IMG/VR virus record: IMGVR_UViG_3300015608_001493 | DNA from: an uncultured virus (IMG/VR IMGVR_UViG_3300015608_001493) | Taxonomy: Duplodnaviria > Heunggongvirae > Uroviricota > Caudoviricetes | DNA: 64,000 nucleotides | Reading direction: 5' to 3' (one strand) | Shown here: positions 21,679-33,000 of the stretch, in pieces | Layout of the letters: every line of letters begins with the position of its first letter | Position numbering within the stretch: the first letter of the stretch is position 1 | Position numbers and translations under genes: made by a program | The notes under the pieces: model-generated | What the model was told of the DNA's origin: nothing | The model's input: the letters and a program-made list of their open reading frames with translations, nothing else | Database searches by the model: none

Positions 21679-22275
21679 ATGAAATTGAACGAGATTCCTG
21701 AAAGCAGTACAAACAGCCTTGTGTTTGGATTAAATGAAATGACCTTTCGCTCTTTTGAGTTTGAAGACGGTCAGTATGGTAAACAATTGAAATGTGTCTT
21801 TGAGAAAGAAGGAGAAACCACCTTGAAAGGTGAACCTCTTACTCAAATCTGTTGGGTGGCATGTTCCAAAGCGTTTGAGGAAAAAGATGCTTGGAAGTTT
21901 TTGAAGAAACTTCGTCAGTTTGTTGATGTACTCAAAGTTGCTGATGAAAACGCTGAGGAAGTGTTTAATCAAATTAAGGCAAACGCTCCTTCGTTTAACA
22001 ATGAGGATGTTGAATCTGTACAAACCTTTGAAAGTCAGGTTATTACTAAATTACTCACTCCTGTATTGAATAAACCAATGAATGTAATCCTTCACTACAA
22101 AGGTAAATACCTTAACATTCCGTCGTACAAGGAGAACGGTTTTGAAATTCAGTTTGGTGCTAATCCAAAACTTGGTCCAAACTTGGTTCGAGAAAAAGTG
22201 CAAACTACTGAGTTTGCAACGGTTGATCCCACATCTATTGAGTCCGTGGAAAATACGGAAGACACTAATTGGTAA
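21679..22275 (+). CDS. putative single-stranded DNA-binding protein
   Basis: Located after the AAA ATPase; acidic C-tail ending in W; own terminator. Confidence 0.4.
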   Translation: MKLNEIPESSTNSLVFGLNEMTFRSFEFEDGQYGKQLKCVFEKEGETTLKGEPLTQICWVACSKAFEEKDAWKFLKKLRQFVDVLKVADENAEEVFNQIKANAPSFNNEDVESVQTFESQVITKLLTPVLNKPMNVILHYKGKYLNIPSYKENGFEIQFGANPKLGPNLVREKVQTTEFATVDPTSIESVENTEDTNW

Positions 22276-22281
22276 ACTATT

Positions 22282-22312
22282 TGGGGACTGGGTAATACCA
22301 GTCCCCACTTTT
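22282..22312 (+). terminator. intrinsic terminator
   Basis: TGGGGACTGG-GTAATA-CCAGTCCCCA followed by CTTTT. Confidence 0.7.
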
Positions 22313-23144
22313 ATATTATGGGGTTCACGTTTTATAGAATCTGCTTAAAACATAGTGATCGTTTTTGCAACGGTAAGCGAAAACCCAAATTTTCAACCCA
22401 AACTTCTAAGGTTTGGTTAACACTTTCTAAATTGATTAAGTTTTTAAGTCAATTTGTACACCACTATAAATACATAGGTAGTGAATACACACAAGGATAT
22501 TGGAATGAAATTCCAGAAAACTGGGAGGTTGTAATTTATTCGGATAAAGGAATACAAAGAATGACAGCACTTAATTATTTTGAATATTATAGAAACCGCG
22601 ACAATGGAAGAAATAATTAAAGAATTACTTCAAAAAGGTATTGAGATAACCAGAGTTTATTTGAGAAATGGAGAGTTAGCCGTTGTACTTTCTGGTTTTT
22701 ATAAAAGTGGTACTGCAACACTGTTTCGTCAAGATAATAAAGTAGTTGCGGCAACAAGATATAATGAGGTTACTGAAATTTCAGACTTTGAAGATTTAGT
22801 TCAACTAAATTATCGCTGGTGGCAATATTCCAAGGATAAGTATGAAGGATGGTCCGCTCCTGATTCCGCATGGTTACCACATCTTATAGAACTAGGTTTG
22901 GTAAAAGAAAAGACTCAAATATATTATGAATAATTAACGAAATACAAATGGTTTATATTGTTTTAAACATTAACGGAGATATCATCGGGGTTGCTAACTC
23001 TGAAATCAAAGCCGTATTTATTTATGAAGAACGATACAGCGAAATTGAGTACCCAGAAAATACTGAAAGTGATTTTGACAAGTTTGAATATTTAAAATCA
23101 ATAGATCGTATTCGTGCTTTTCCTTTAAACAGATTTGTTTATCA

Positions 23145-24110
23145 ATGAAGTTAGATTGGGTAGAATATCATAATCATCGTCAACTACTAAATAAGTTGGA
23201 CCAAATGAAGGTTTGGTCCAACTTAATTGGATACACCCCAAAGATAGGGGAGCATATTCTAAACCCTTTAAGACCAGATAAACACAAGGGTTCTTGTTAT
23301 CTTGAAAACAGAGACGGAAGAATTATAATCGTAGATTGGGCAGATCGTAAACATAGTGGACATGATTGTATTTCTGCCTATTTAATGAAATACCCTCAAC
23401 CTTGGAATCAAGCCTGTATAGAACTACTTAAAATAGGAAGTGGTATATCCGTTAACACCTCTTCATATATGGCTATTCCAGGATATAAAAAGAAAACTCG
23501 TGAGATTATTCCGATTTATCGCAACTGGAATGACAAAGATAAAAAATACTGGTCTGCAAGAGGAGTTTCAAGAAGTCAGTTAGACCGTAAAGAAACTTTA
23601 ACCAAACCAATAAAAGGTTATATTCTTATCAAAGAAGATACTCAGCAGTTTGATTTGAATGAACTGGCTTACTGTTTTGAATCAAACGGTAGGTTTAAAC
23701 TATATTTTCCAGAAAGACAGGAGTTTCGATTCATTAGTTCTACTAAAAGAACAGATGTTTGGCATTTAGATCGAGGCTCAGATACCCTTCTTGTAACTAA
23801 AAGTCAAAAAGAACTTTTAGTTTGGGAAAACCTAATAGATTGGGATTTAACTCATGTTCAAAACGAAAGTTATTCTGAACATGATGCTGAACTAATCTAT
23901 AAGTGGGAAGTAGGGTATGAAAAAGTTTACTTCAACTTTGATAACGATATCACTGGAATAACAGCCATGCAAAACTTTACTTCAAAGTTCTTATTTAAAG
24001 AAGCAGAGTTTTTCTACATCGATCCTAAGTTTAATATCAAAGACATTGATCAAATGCGAGTAGAGTGGGGATATAACGATACACTTGAATATATAAACAC
24101 ACTAATATGA
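23145..24110 (+). CDS. DNA primase (TOPRIM)
   Basis: NPLRPDKH.SC N-terminal region, VTKSQKE, FNFDNDITG, KDID. Confidence 0.8.
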   Translation: MKLDWVEYHNHRQLLNKLDQMKVWSNLIGYTPKIGEHILNPLRPDKHKGSCYLENRDGRIIIVDWADRKHSGHDCISAYLMKYPQPWNQACIELLKIGSGISVNTSSYMAIPGYKKKTREIIPIYRNWNDKDKKYWSARGVSRSQLDRKETLTKPIKGYILIKEDTQQFDLNELAYCFESNGRFKLYFPERQEFRFISSTKRTDVWHLDRGSDTLLVTKSQKELLVWENLIDWDLTHVQNESYSEHDAELIYKWEVGYEKVYFNFDNDITGITAMQNFTSKFLFKEAEFFYIDPKFNIKDIDQMRVEWGYNDTLEYINTLI

Positions 24111-25382
24111 ACAGAGAACATAAAATAAAAATAAATCAAAAAGTCTATGCTCGTGGACGTAACGGTTTAATGAGAGTTGCTAAACTCATAGTAAGTGAAG
24201 GTCAGCGTCTTAGTGAAAATAATGTTTCCATAGACGTTGTTTACCTCGAAGTGGAAAACACAAAAGGTTACACCAGAAGTTGTTTCATTGAAGTTCCAAA
24301 AGCCCAAATTCCTGATCTAATAACAGTATTAGAATGTTTAAAATAAAATCGGTAGATGTTAAAGTTGTCTTTATAGTTAATCCAAAACAAAAAGACAACT
24401 TTTTAGAGTGGATTTATACATTGGGATTTACTTGGTTCAGATGGGATTGGGAAAAGTTTGTACAAAGAATGGAATCCATAGACTGTATAGCGATTCTTAC
24501 GGATGATCCAAGGTTACACAAACTAATTGATAGACTAAACGACCCTGAGAACTATGGAAAGTTTTACTGGTTTGTAAGTTGTGACGAGTTAATGAAAAGT
24601 GTAAACTTTTTTGCTCACTATCTTTATAACCGTAAAGATGAATGGTCCATATTCTTAAACCAATATCAAAAGAAAACAAATGAGCGATTTAATGAAAAAA
24701 TGGCTTCTACTAACACATGATAGCGTGTTCATATTTGTTATCATTATGACTATTGCCAATTTTTTAGTTTCTGTTTCGTTCGTTAGTTCATTAGTCGTAG
24801 GGATTATCGGAATATTATATATAATGTTGGTAATGACAATCACAACAGCATATCTTTATTTGCACAGAAAGTTGGATATAAAGTTAGTTTTCCTTTTTGT
24901 AATTATGCTGCTGGTTAGCATTTTTCTGTTTTTTATCTAACTTCAATTACTCCTTTTTTATGTACGTATTAGTTGAGTTTAGAAACAACCCTCCTCAACT
25001 TTGGGAGTTTGAAAGTTGGTGGACTTGGGAAGATGTTAAATATTATTTTATTGAAAAGTTCAACTTTGATGAAGAACGAGATAGTCTAACATTAATAAAC
25101 GAAATTTTAAAACCTAATGAGAATCGAAAGTAACGCAATTGAACCATTTGTCATAGAAATTGACGAAGATCAGTTTGTATTGATCGAAAAAAAGGTAATC
25201 CAAGAAGGACAAAACTCAGGAAACATTCACGAATCAACCATTGGTTATTATAAATCTATCTCTGCGTTGATCAAACGTGTTGTTCAAATTAGACTTGCTC
25301 GCCAACAAACAGTAGTTAACCTTAAAACATTTATTTCTAAATGGCGAGAAATGCAAGAAGAAATTGAATCTGAAATTCAACT

Positions 25383-26441
25383 ATGAACTATTACAGTAAT
25401 CTTCAAGAGTTAAAGGATTATAGAGATAACCCTGCAATCTCTCAGTCGTATTTAAAACAACTATTTACCAACAATTCAAAACCATATCGAGAAACACTTG
25501 CCATGTTGTCAGGTAGTCTTCTTGATTGTATGTTAACCTCTCCGGATTTAACCTCCGAACTCTACCACACAGGTCTCACAAAAAGACCCTCTGAAACAGT
25601 TCGTTCTATTCTTACAAAGACACTCGATTTTGTTATCGGGTCAGATAGTGTATTAGACGAAGACATTGAAATGTTTAAAACTCTAATTTTAGAGTTTGCT
25701 GTCGAAGTTAATTATCAACCAAGATGGTCAGAAGATGCAAAATGGAACGCAATTCTCAAAGACGGTCTTGAATACTGGATTGAGTTGGTACGAAGTAAAG
25801 AAAAGATTGTTGTAACTCAACAAGAGTGGGATACATGTGAAATGTATAGTGATCTAACCCGATCCTCTCATATTACAGGAAAGTATTTTATCAATCAACC
25901 TGATGTAGATAAATACTTTCAAAAGCCCTTGTATTGGACTTATCACGAAATACAACTTAAAGGGTTAGTTGACTTACTTATATTTGAATGGGAAACAAAG
26001 AAAATCTATCTGATAGACATTAAATCCTCAGGGGTGTCAGATATTAAACAATGGTTTGATGTTTGTAGAAACAAAAACTATCCTTTTCAAATGAGTTTCT
26101 ATTTAGAAGGAGTAAAACACAACTATAATCACTTGTTGTCAGATGGTTGGACTATTGAATGTAGATGGATTGTAATTCCTTTGGATAAGTTTAAACCTTG
26201 GGTAGTTTCTGTGTCTAAGGAAATGCTTGACGCAGGAAGATATGGAGTGAAAGAATACTCTTCTAAGTTTGTAGTGAACGAAAAAGAAATCACTAATCCA
26301 TACAATAGATATGGGTGGGAACACGCTATCCTTTTACATAAATATAAGTTGGAAAACAATCTTCTGGAAGTTGATTTATTATACGAAGAAACGGGAGGGA
26401 AACTACCAGAACAGTTAACGAATCAATATTATTTTATATGA
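25383..26441 (+). CDS. PD-(D/E)XK exonuclease (RecE/DUF3799-like)
   Basis: ISQSYLK, GSLLD, KGLVDLL, LIDIKS, YPFQMSFY. Confidence 0.82.
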   Translation: MNYYSNLQELKDYRDNPAISQSYLKQLFTNNSKPYRETLAMLSGSLLDCMLTSPDLTSELYHTGLTKRPSETVRSILTKTLDFVIGSDSVLDEDIEMFKTLILEFAVEVNYQPRWSEDAKWNAILKDGLEYWIELVRSKEKIVVTQQEWDTCEMYSDLTRSSHITGKYFINQPDVDKYFQKPLYWTYHEIQLKGLVDLLIFEWETKKIYLIDIKSSGVSDIKQWFDVCRNKNYPFQMSFYLEGVKHNYNHLLSDGWTIECRWIVIPLDKFKPWVVSVSKEMLDAGRYGVKEYSSKFVVNEKEITNPYNRYGWEHAILLHKYKLENNLLEVDLLYEETGGKLPEQLTNQYYFI

Positions 26442-27160
26442 TTCAAAACAGAATCAAAAATAACCGAACAGTAAAATATTTAGGTCCATTACATGTTTTA
26501 TACGGAAAAACTTTCTTAAGAGAGATTGATAACCTTACAAACTATGTTCCTGCTAAAAGCGGGTCTTCTATTATTGATTTTACAATAATGGATTTACTCT
26601 ATTATCGAGCAAAGAGGTTTAAAAAGTTTCAACCTTTTCTATTTATAACTTTTGACAGTAAAGGTGCCTACGATGAAAGAAAGGGAAACTACGCAGATTG
26701 GAAAACAGGAAGAATACGTTTTTTGAATTTTCTTTCTTATGTAAGAAAGAATGCTCACTATGTTGATGACTATTGGGACATTAATAACCAACATGTTGTA
26801 GTGATGAAATGCCCTATTGAAAAGCCATTTTACGAGTTTGTTAAAAGCGCTTATTCAAAGATGTATTCTACACCTGAACTTAAGGAGTTAGGGTTTACTC
26901 CAACTCTTAAAGTTGGAGGAAAAAACTATCCTTCTGCATCTTGGGTAGTTCTTACTAAAAATCAAGAATATGGACCTCAGGTATTAAAATCAAACATTGA
27001 AGAAGCGTTTGGTGTAACTGCTTTTCCAGAAGAACCTGATGAGTTTGATATTTATTGGACCAATGAACAAGAAATTAGAAATTATCAATTTATCAACCCG
27101 GAAGAGTATGAAAATTTAGTGCTCGCTAAAAAGGGACAAAACTATGTACTACAAAATTGA
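26438..27160 (+). CDS. hypothetical phage protein
   Basis: 240 aa ORF with an ATGA overlap. Confidence 0.65.
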   Translation: MIQNRIKNNRTVKYLGPLHVLYGKTFLREIDNLTNYVPAKSGSSIIDFTIMDLLYYRAKRFKKFQPFLFITFDSKGAYDERKGNYADWKTGRIRFLNFLSYVRKNAHYVDDYWDINNQHVVVMKCPIEKPFYEFVKSAYSKMYSTPELKELGFTPTLKVGGKNYPSASWVVLTKNQEYGPQVLKSNIEEAFGVTAFPEEPDEFDIYWTNEQEIRNYQFINPEEYENLVLAKKGQNYVLQN

Positions 27161-27337
27161 ATATACAACTAAAGGTGTTTCCTTTGACTGTATTGTTAAA
27201 GCACTTGACACACACTGGATATGTGTTCATTATTATAATGCAAATCGTTGGTTTATTCGTAAAGAACCATTAAGCGAAGAAACCCTTAAACGAGGTATTC
27301 AATGTACAAAAGAAGAGTTTAACGAAATAGTTCAAAG

Positions 27338-28045
27338 ATGTTATCAACAGACAAATTAAATTTTAATACTGTCGAACTAATTGGGTGGTACGGTTCAGAT
27401 GAAATTGTGGCTTGCTCTGCATGGACATCAACAGATAGAGAACTTACACCTGAGAAGAGAGGTAGGATTCCACAGTTAATTAAAAAACTTTGGGAAGATG
27501 GACATGAAACACCGTTTGAAAAGATTCAATTTCATTTTCTTGTGAACACTGACATTGCTACGCATATTCATCTTCTTAAACACAGAATTAGTAGCATTAA
27601 CGCTGAAAGTGCTAGGTATAAAGAGTTGAAAGAAGATAAGTATTATCTTCCAGAGGATTGGAAGGGAATACCCGGATTTATTCTGAATGATGGTGAAAAT
27701 TATGGAAACGCTGGATCATATTTTCATGGATGTAATGAGTGGATTAAAATTTTGAGTTCATACACTCAATTAGGAAACCAGTTATACCATCAATGTCTTG
27801 CGGATTTAACTCCTATTCTGGGGAGAAAAAGAGCAAAAGAATCTGCTCGATATTTTAAGACCTACAACTCTCAGGTTGCTGCTGATGTACTGTTTAATGG
27901 TCGTAGTTTTATGAACTTTCAAAAACTACGAAACTCTGAGCATGCTCAGAAAGAAATTCGAGAACTAAGTCAAAAAATGTTAGAGTTGATCAAAAATATT
28001 CCAGATAACCCTTTTCAGTACACGTTACAAGCCTGGGGAAAATGA
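27338..28045 (+). CDS. thyX: FAD-dependent thymidylate synthase
   Basis: GHETPFE, KHRISSINAESARY (RHRx7SxR-like), HAQKEIR. Confidence 0.93.
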   Translation: MLSTDKLNFNTVELIGWYGSDEIVACSAWTSTDRELTPEKRGRIPQLIKKLWEDGHETPFEKIQFHFLVNTDIATHIHLLKHRISSINAESARYKELKEDKYYLPEDWKGIPGFILNDGENYGNAGSYFHGCNEWIKILSSYTQLGNQLYHQCLADLTPILGRKRAKESARYFKTYNSQVAADVLFNGRSFMNFQKLRNSEHAQKEIRELSQKMLELIKNIPDNPFQYTLQAWGK

Positions 28046-28530
28046 TTAAATATATCAAAGGAGACATTATTAAAGATTTCCAAAACGGTAAAATTGACCT
28101 TCTTGCGCATCAATGTAATTGCACAGTAGGTCATGGAGCAGGGTTTGCTAAATCCTTAGCAAAAGTATATCCACAAATTAACGTACCTGTTAAAGAAAGT
28201 CTTTTAGGAAGTAATCTATTTGTTTGGCTTCTATATACTAAACAATACATCTGTAACATGTACGCACAAGTTTATCCGGGAAGTCCAGACCCAGAAAGAA
28301 CAAACTTTGAGTCATTTACAACAAGACTTTTAGCATTACGTAAATGTTTACGAGAGGTAGAATTATTTTCTGATGTATTCAGAATTGGAATGCCTCTTGT
28401 TGGAGCAGGGTTAGGTGCAGACGTTAGATTAAAAGGTTATTACAACGATCTTGCTTATTTTGAAAAATATATTGCACCAGTAGTTGATGAAGTTTTTACT
28501 AAATCACTCATAAACATTTATTACATATGA
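28042..28530 (+). CDS. macrodomain (ADP-ribose hydrolase family)
   Basis: IKGDI, AHQCNC..G.GAG, MPLVGAGLG. Confidence 0.85.
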   Translation: MIKYIKGDIIKDFQNGKIDLLAHQCNCTVGHGAGFAKSLAKVYPQINVPVKESLLGSNLFVWLLYTKQYICNMYAQVYPGSPDPERTNFESFTTRLLALRKCLREVELFSDVFRIGMPLVGAGLGADVRLKGYYNDLAYFEKYIAPVVDEVFTKSLINIYYI

Positions 28531-28615
28531 CACTTATCTCTTACACAGGTGACGATGCCTGGGACTTTATTATTGATATTTGGAATCAAGAAATTATTTA
28601 CCGTTTTAGTAGATT

Positions 28616-29263
28616 ATGAGAGAAAAGAAACAACATCCTTCCTATGGAATGATTTCGGCGTCAAATGTTTTTGGTGCTTCAACCCTTTTTGGTACTGATA
28701 TTAAACCACACGGTTATATTTCAATTCGAATTTGTAAGGCTGTTGAAGAACTTGATTTAGGTAAAAGTTGGTATTACCCAACCGAGGAGGTAATTGAAAT
28801 CAACCTAAGTTATACTCAGTTTGCGGAACTCATTACTACCATGAACTCTACGGGAGTTCCTTGTACTTTACACAGAGTTAACGGACAGTATATTCCAAAA
28901 GATGATTCAAAGGAATATAAAGCGGTTTTTCATCGTAAAAAAATGAAAGAAGCAGCAAACAATCTTATCTCTTCGGTTAAAGGGTTAAAAGCAAGAGTTT
29001 CAGAACTGACTCAAAAACTGTCTAAAAAAGATCAAGTAGAAATAAATAAAACGTTTGATCTTTTAAATCAAGAGTTATCTAGTAATTTTCCATTCTATAT
29101 GGAACAGTTCTATGAAGAAATGGATAAGGTCGCTGCGGATATTAAACTAAATATGGAGCAAGAACTTCATGCTCGAATGCGCGCCTTAGGTATGCAGACG
29201 TTTAAAGACAAGGCTATATCACCTGACATGTTATTAGGACCAAATAATTCTCTTGACTTGTGA
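28616..29263 (+). CDS. conserved phage hypothetical protein
   Basis: HPSYGMI...LFGTDI...GVPCTL pattern with a helical C-terminus. Confidence 0.6.
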   Translation: MREKKQHPSYGMISASNVFGASTLFGTDIKPHGYISIRICKAVEELDLGKSWYYPTEEVIEINLSYTQFAELITTMNSTGVPCTLHRVNGQYIPKDDSKEYKAVFHRKKMKEAANNLISSVKGLKARVSELTQKLSKKDQVEINKTFDLLNQELSSNFPFYMEQFYEEMDKVAADIKLNMEQELHARMRALGMQTFKDKAISPDMLLGPNNSLDL

Positions 29264-29309
29264 AAATTGAATTTAGCAAACAAAATTATTTTTTTACAAA
29301 TTCTACAAA

Positions 29310-30062
29310 ATGATTAAACCTAAAATATTAACTCGAGCAGAAATAAATAATGTTGTAGTACCACCTCGTACCGAGAGTTATACTCCCATATCTTGCAAAC
29401 TTATCTTTGATACAGTTGACAGGTTAGCAGATGAGTTTAAAATTGTTCTCGCGGGTGAACAACACCTTCTTAGTAGTAAAGGTAAAGTGCAACGATTGCG
29501 ATTTTTCTTTTCCAAAAATGGAGACTTTACAAAAGAGTTAGTGGTTCTCAATTCTTATGATAAAAGTCTTGCGCTTCGGGCTGCAAGTGGTACTAATGTC
29601 TACATTTGCTCTAACGGAGTGATTGTAGGGGATATTAAAATTTATCGCAAGCATACATCAGACGTTGACCTTGAAATAGAAGGTTTCATTCGGGACTGTA
29701 TGCAAGACATGATCAACCAAGAGGTCTTAGCCCATGATTACAAGGAGAAGTTTTCTAACTTAATTGTGGACGAAGAGTTTATTGGAACTACCTTGGGACG
29801 ATTTTTCTTTGAGTTTGATTGTCTTAGTTCAACTCAACTTAATATAATTAAGGCTGAGTTTAAAAAACCTTCGTTTGATTATGGAGTTGATCCTATGTCT
29901 CTTTGGGCTTTTTATCAACACGTGACTTACGCTCTTACGTTTGAAACAGCCCATGACTATTTGGATAATCGGACTACAATTCAGAAATATTTTGCTGACT
30001 ATTATTGGAAGGCAACACAATCCTTCTCAGATTTTAAAATAATTGAAGTAGATGAAGATTGA
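29310..30062 (+). CDS. DUF932-family protein
   Basis: LNSYDKS...VYICSNG...KHT and SLWAFYQHVT motifs. Confidence 0.75.
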   Translation: MIKPKILTRAEINNVVVPPRTESYTPISCKLIFDTVDRLADEFKIVLAGEQHLLSSKGKVQRLRFFFSKNGDFTKELVVLNSYDKSLALRAASGTNVYICSNGVIVGDIKIYRKHTSDVDLEIEGFIRDCMQDMINQEVLAHDYKEKFSNLIVDEEFIGTTLGRFFFEFDCLSSTQLNIIKAEFKKPSFDYGVDPMSLWAFYQHVTYALTFETAHDYLDNRTTIQKYFADYYWKATQSFSDFKIIEVDED

Positions 30063-33000
30063 TTATAATCAAACAACCTCTATATCGAAAGGATTGGATA
30101 TAGAACATATGACTCTTGATGTAGAAAGTCAAGATAAAATGTTTTACATCCTTTCCCAGGGTCTTTATAAAAACCCAATACGGGCTATTATTCAAGAACT
30201 CGTTAAAAAAATATTTCACTAAATACTTGTATTTCCATAAAACATTTATTATCTTATAGTATCATTACTATTACTAATAAAAATATTTATGGAAAGTTAT
30301 CTAACAATAAAAGAAATTGCTAAAAAATTTAATCGTTCTGAAAGTTCTGTAAGAAATACAATCTATAATAGACAACTTGTTTCTTACCAAAAGATTGGTC
30401 ACACGGTATTAATTAAAGAGTCTGATTTTACAGACTATATAGAAAAACATGGAGTAGAACCAATAACGGAACAAGAAGTTGAAAACTGGTATAAAGATTT
30501 CCAAGATGGAATGTCAATCTCAGATATATTAAAAAAATATAAAAGAGATGGGCGGACTATATCTAAAACTTTGAAACAGAAATACAAAGTAAACACACAA
30601 GATTATCATAGAAAACGTTCTCCTGAAGAAAAAGAAATACTTTCAAAGATGCGCAATACTTATCTTGAGGACGAAAACATTTCTATTTCAAAAGTTCTAA
30701 AAATGTATAATTATACAAATACTGAGGCATTTGTTAATTATCTCAAAAGAACTGGTGAAAAAATAAAATCTACTGGAGAAGTGCTGTCTTTTGTGTCACA
30801 ACCATTTTTCTTTTCAAATATAGATTCCGAAATCAAAGCATATCTTTTAGGATTTTTTGCAGCAGATGGTCATATTGAAGAAGAAGGAGCATTAAAAATA
30901 AGTGTTCAACTTGATGATGCTCATATCGTCATATTATTTAATAAACATCTTTGCGGCGGAAAATCCAAAATAAGATGCAAAGATAATATGGTTTACTTTT
31001 CGTGCAGACATCAGCAAATTCGTAAAGATATTTACGCTTTGGGTTTTAATCATAAAAAAACCTATGATTGGAAAAATTTACCTTCTATACCAGAAAATAT
31101 GTATCCTCATTTTATCAGAGGATATTTTGATGGTGATGGTTCTATTATGGTAAATAGAAGAAGAACTGGTAACACTCTTGCGGGATATAATAAAAAATTT
31201 GCTTTATCTTGTTATAATAAAACGATATTAGAACAAGTTATGAAAAAAATAGGAGTAGCAAAATATAAAATAAGAGAAACAATAAAAGAAAATTTTAAAA
31301 TCAGGGACAGCAAAATAAAAAAAGCATCTGGAAATCTTTTAGAAGTTTTTGATACTGTTGATCTAAAAATTATTCACTCTTATTTATACTCTAATGCTAC
31401 CTATTTTTTTAAGAGAAAAAAAGACAAATTTGATTTAGCAATTTTAAGTACAAGTGAAATAGATGACGCTTTACAAGGAAACTTGTAAATGAAAATAGGG
31501 TGAACTCGGTGAAACCTGTGATGGCAATACCGAACTAAGCATAAGGTTAACATCTTATGAAAGTGTAACGCATAGACACTGAAACTCAAAAGAGAATATA
31601 ATGTGTCCACGAGCGCCCTACACCTGTAAAATGGTGATGAGATATGCTGGACTTATAGGAAACGAACTATAAGAACTGAAAGATAAAAAACTTTCAGGAT
31701 AACAAACGAGCAACATGATTGATGCCTACTCAGAAATTGAAAAGGATATTTTAGATGATCCAGCGTATGTTATTTTAAACGACACGAAGATTGTCTTTCA
31801 GGATTATGGAGTTGGTATTTCTAAATACCGGATGGACAATGTTATGTCCAAGTTCCTTGCGTCAACAAAAGAGAAAGATCCGAATGCTATTGGACATTTT
31901 GGTTTAGGTAGCAAGGCTCCATTTGCATATACTAATCAATATACTATTGAATCTGTATATAACGGAGTAAAACGAACATGGTTGTTTTTGAAGGATCAGA
32001 CCAAGTTTGATTATAGTCTTCTTTTAGAAGAAGACACATTAGATCGCAATCAAACCAGAGTAATTATTCCGATAACTGATGTTATTCCTTGGCTTACAGA
32101 AATAAAAACCACATTATCTTGTTTTCGAGGAGTAATCTTCCAGCATGATCTTAGAGGTTATTATTATCAAAATTTAGCCCAAAATATAGAAAACTTTTTA
32201 AACCAACCGTTAGTTGAAACAGATTCTTTCTTTTACAAGAAAGACATAAATAATTGTATTGCGTTAGATCAAGTTTTATATCCGCTTCCAAGTGAGATCG
32301 TGTCCACAACGTTTCCTTTTATTTTAAAGTTTGGACTTGACGAAGGGTTAACTCCTGTTCCCAGTAGAGAGAGTATTATTATAAACGAGACTTCAATCGC
32401 AGTTATTAAGAAAAGACTTAGCGAATGCCTTGAAGAACTCAAAAAGTACACTGTACCTTTTGAAACTCTTCATTCTTGTATAATAAGAGATAAAGTGGAA
32501 TTTAAATTTACAGATGAAATATCTGTATATTTAAGTAAGGCACATGTCACTCTCTTGTATAACAGTGTAGGGATAAAACTTAACTATATTCCCGAAGTGT
32601 TTCTTCCTATTCAGAATATTCAACCATATGAATATTACCGTTTGGCAGGGTTTGAGGGCTACTCTATTGATAGTCAAGTTACAAGGAATTATGTTGGAAT
32701 AGATTCTTTATTTTTTTACGTTGACTATTCTTTAAATTCTTCAATTAAAAAGTTTTTACGTTCTGAATATCAAGGTTGCAACCTAATTGTTAAACGTAAA
32801 ATTGATAAAAAACAACTGCTTAGTACACTTCAAGGAAAGATTGTAAACTTTTCAACGTCTGAACTTGAAAGTTGTACAGACGCATTTGTTGAAGAAGTTG
32901 AAGGGTTTTTCAGTAGCGATAGATATATTCCAAAAAGTGAATATTTAGAGTGGAACAAGAGACAAGTAAAAGTAACAAACGTAGATATCTTTTATAGGAT

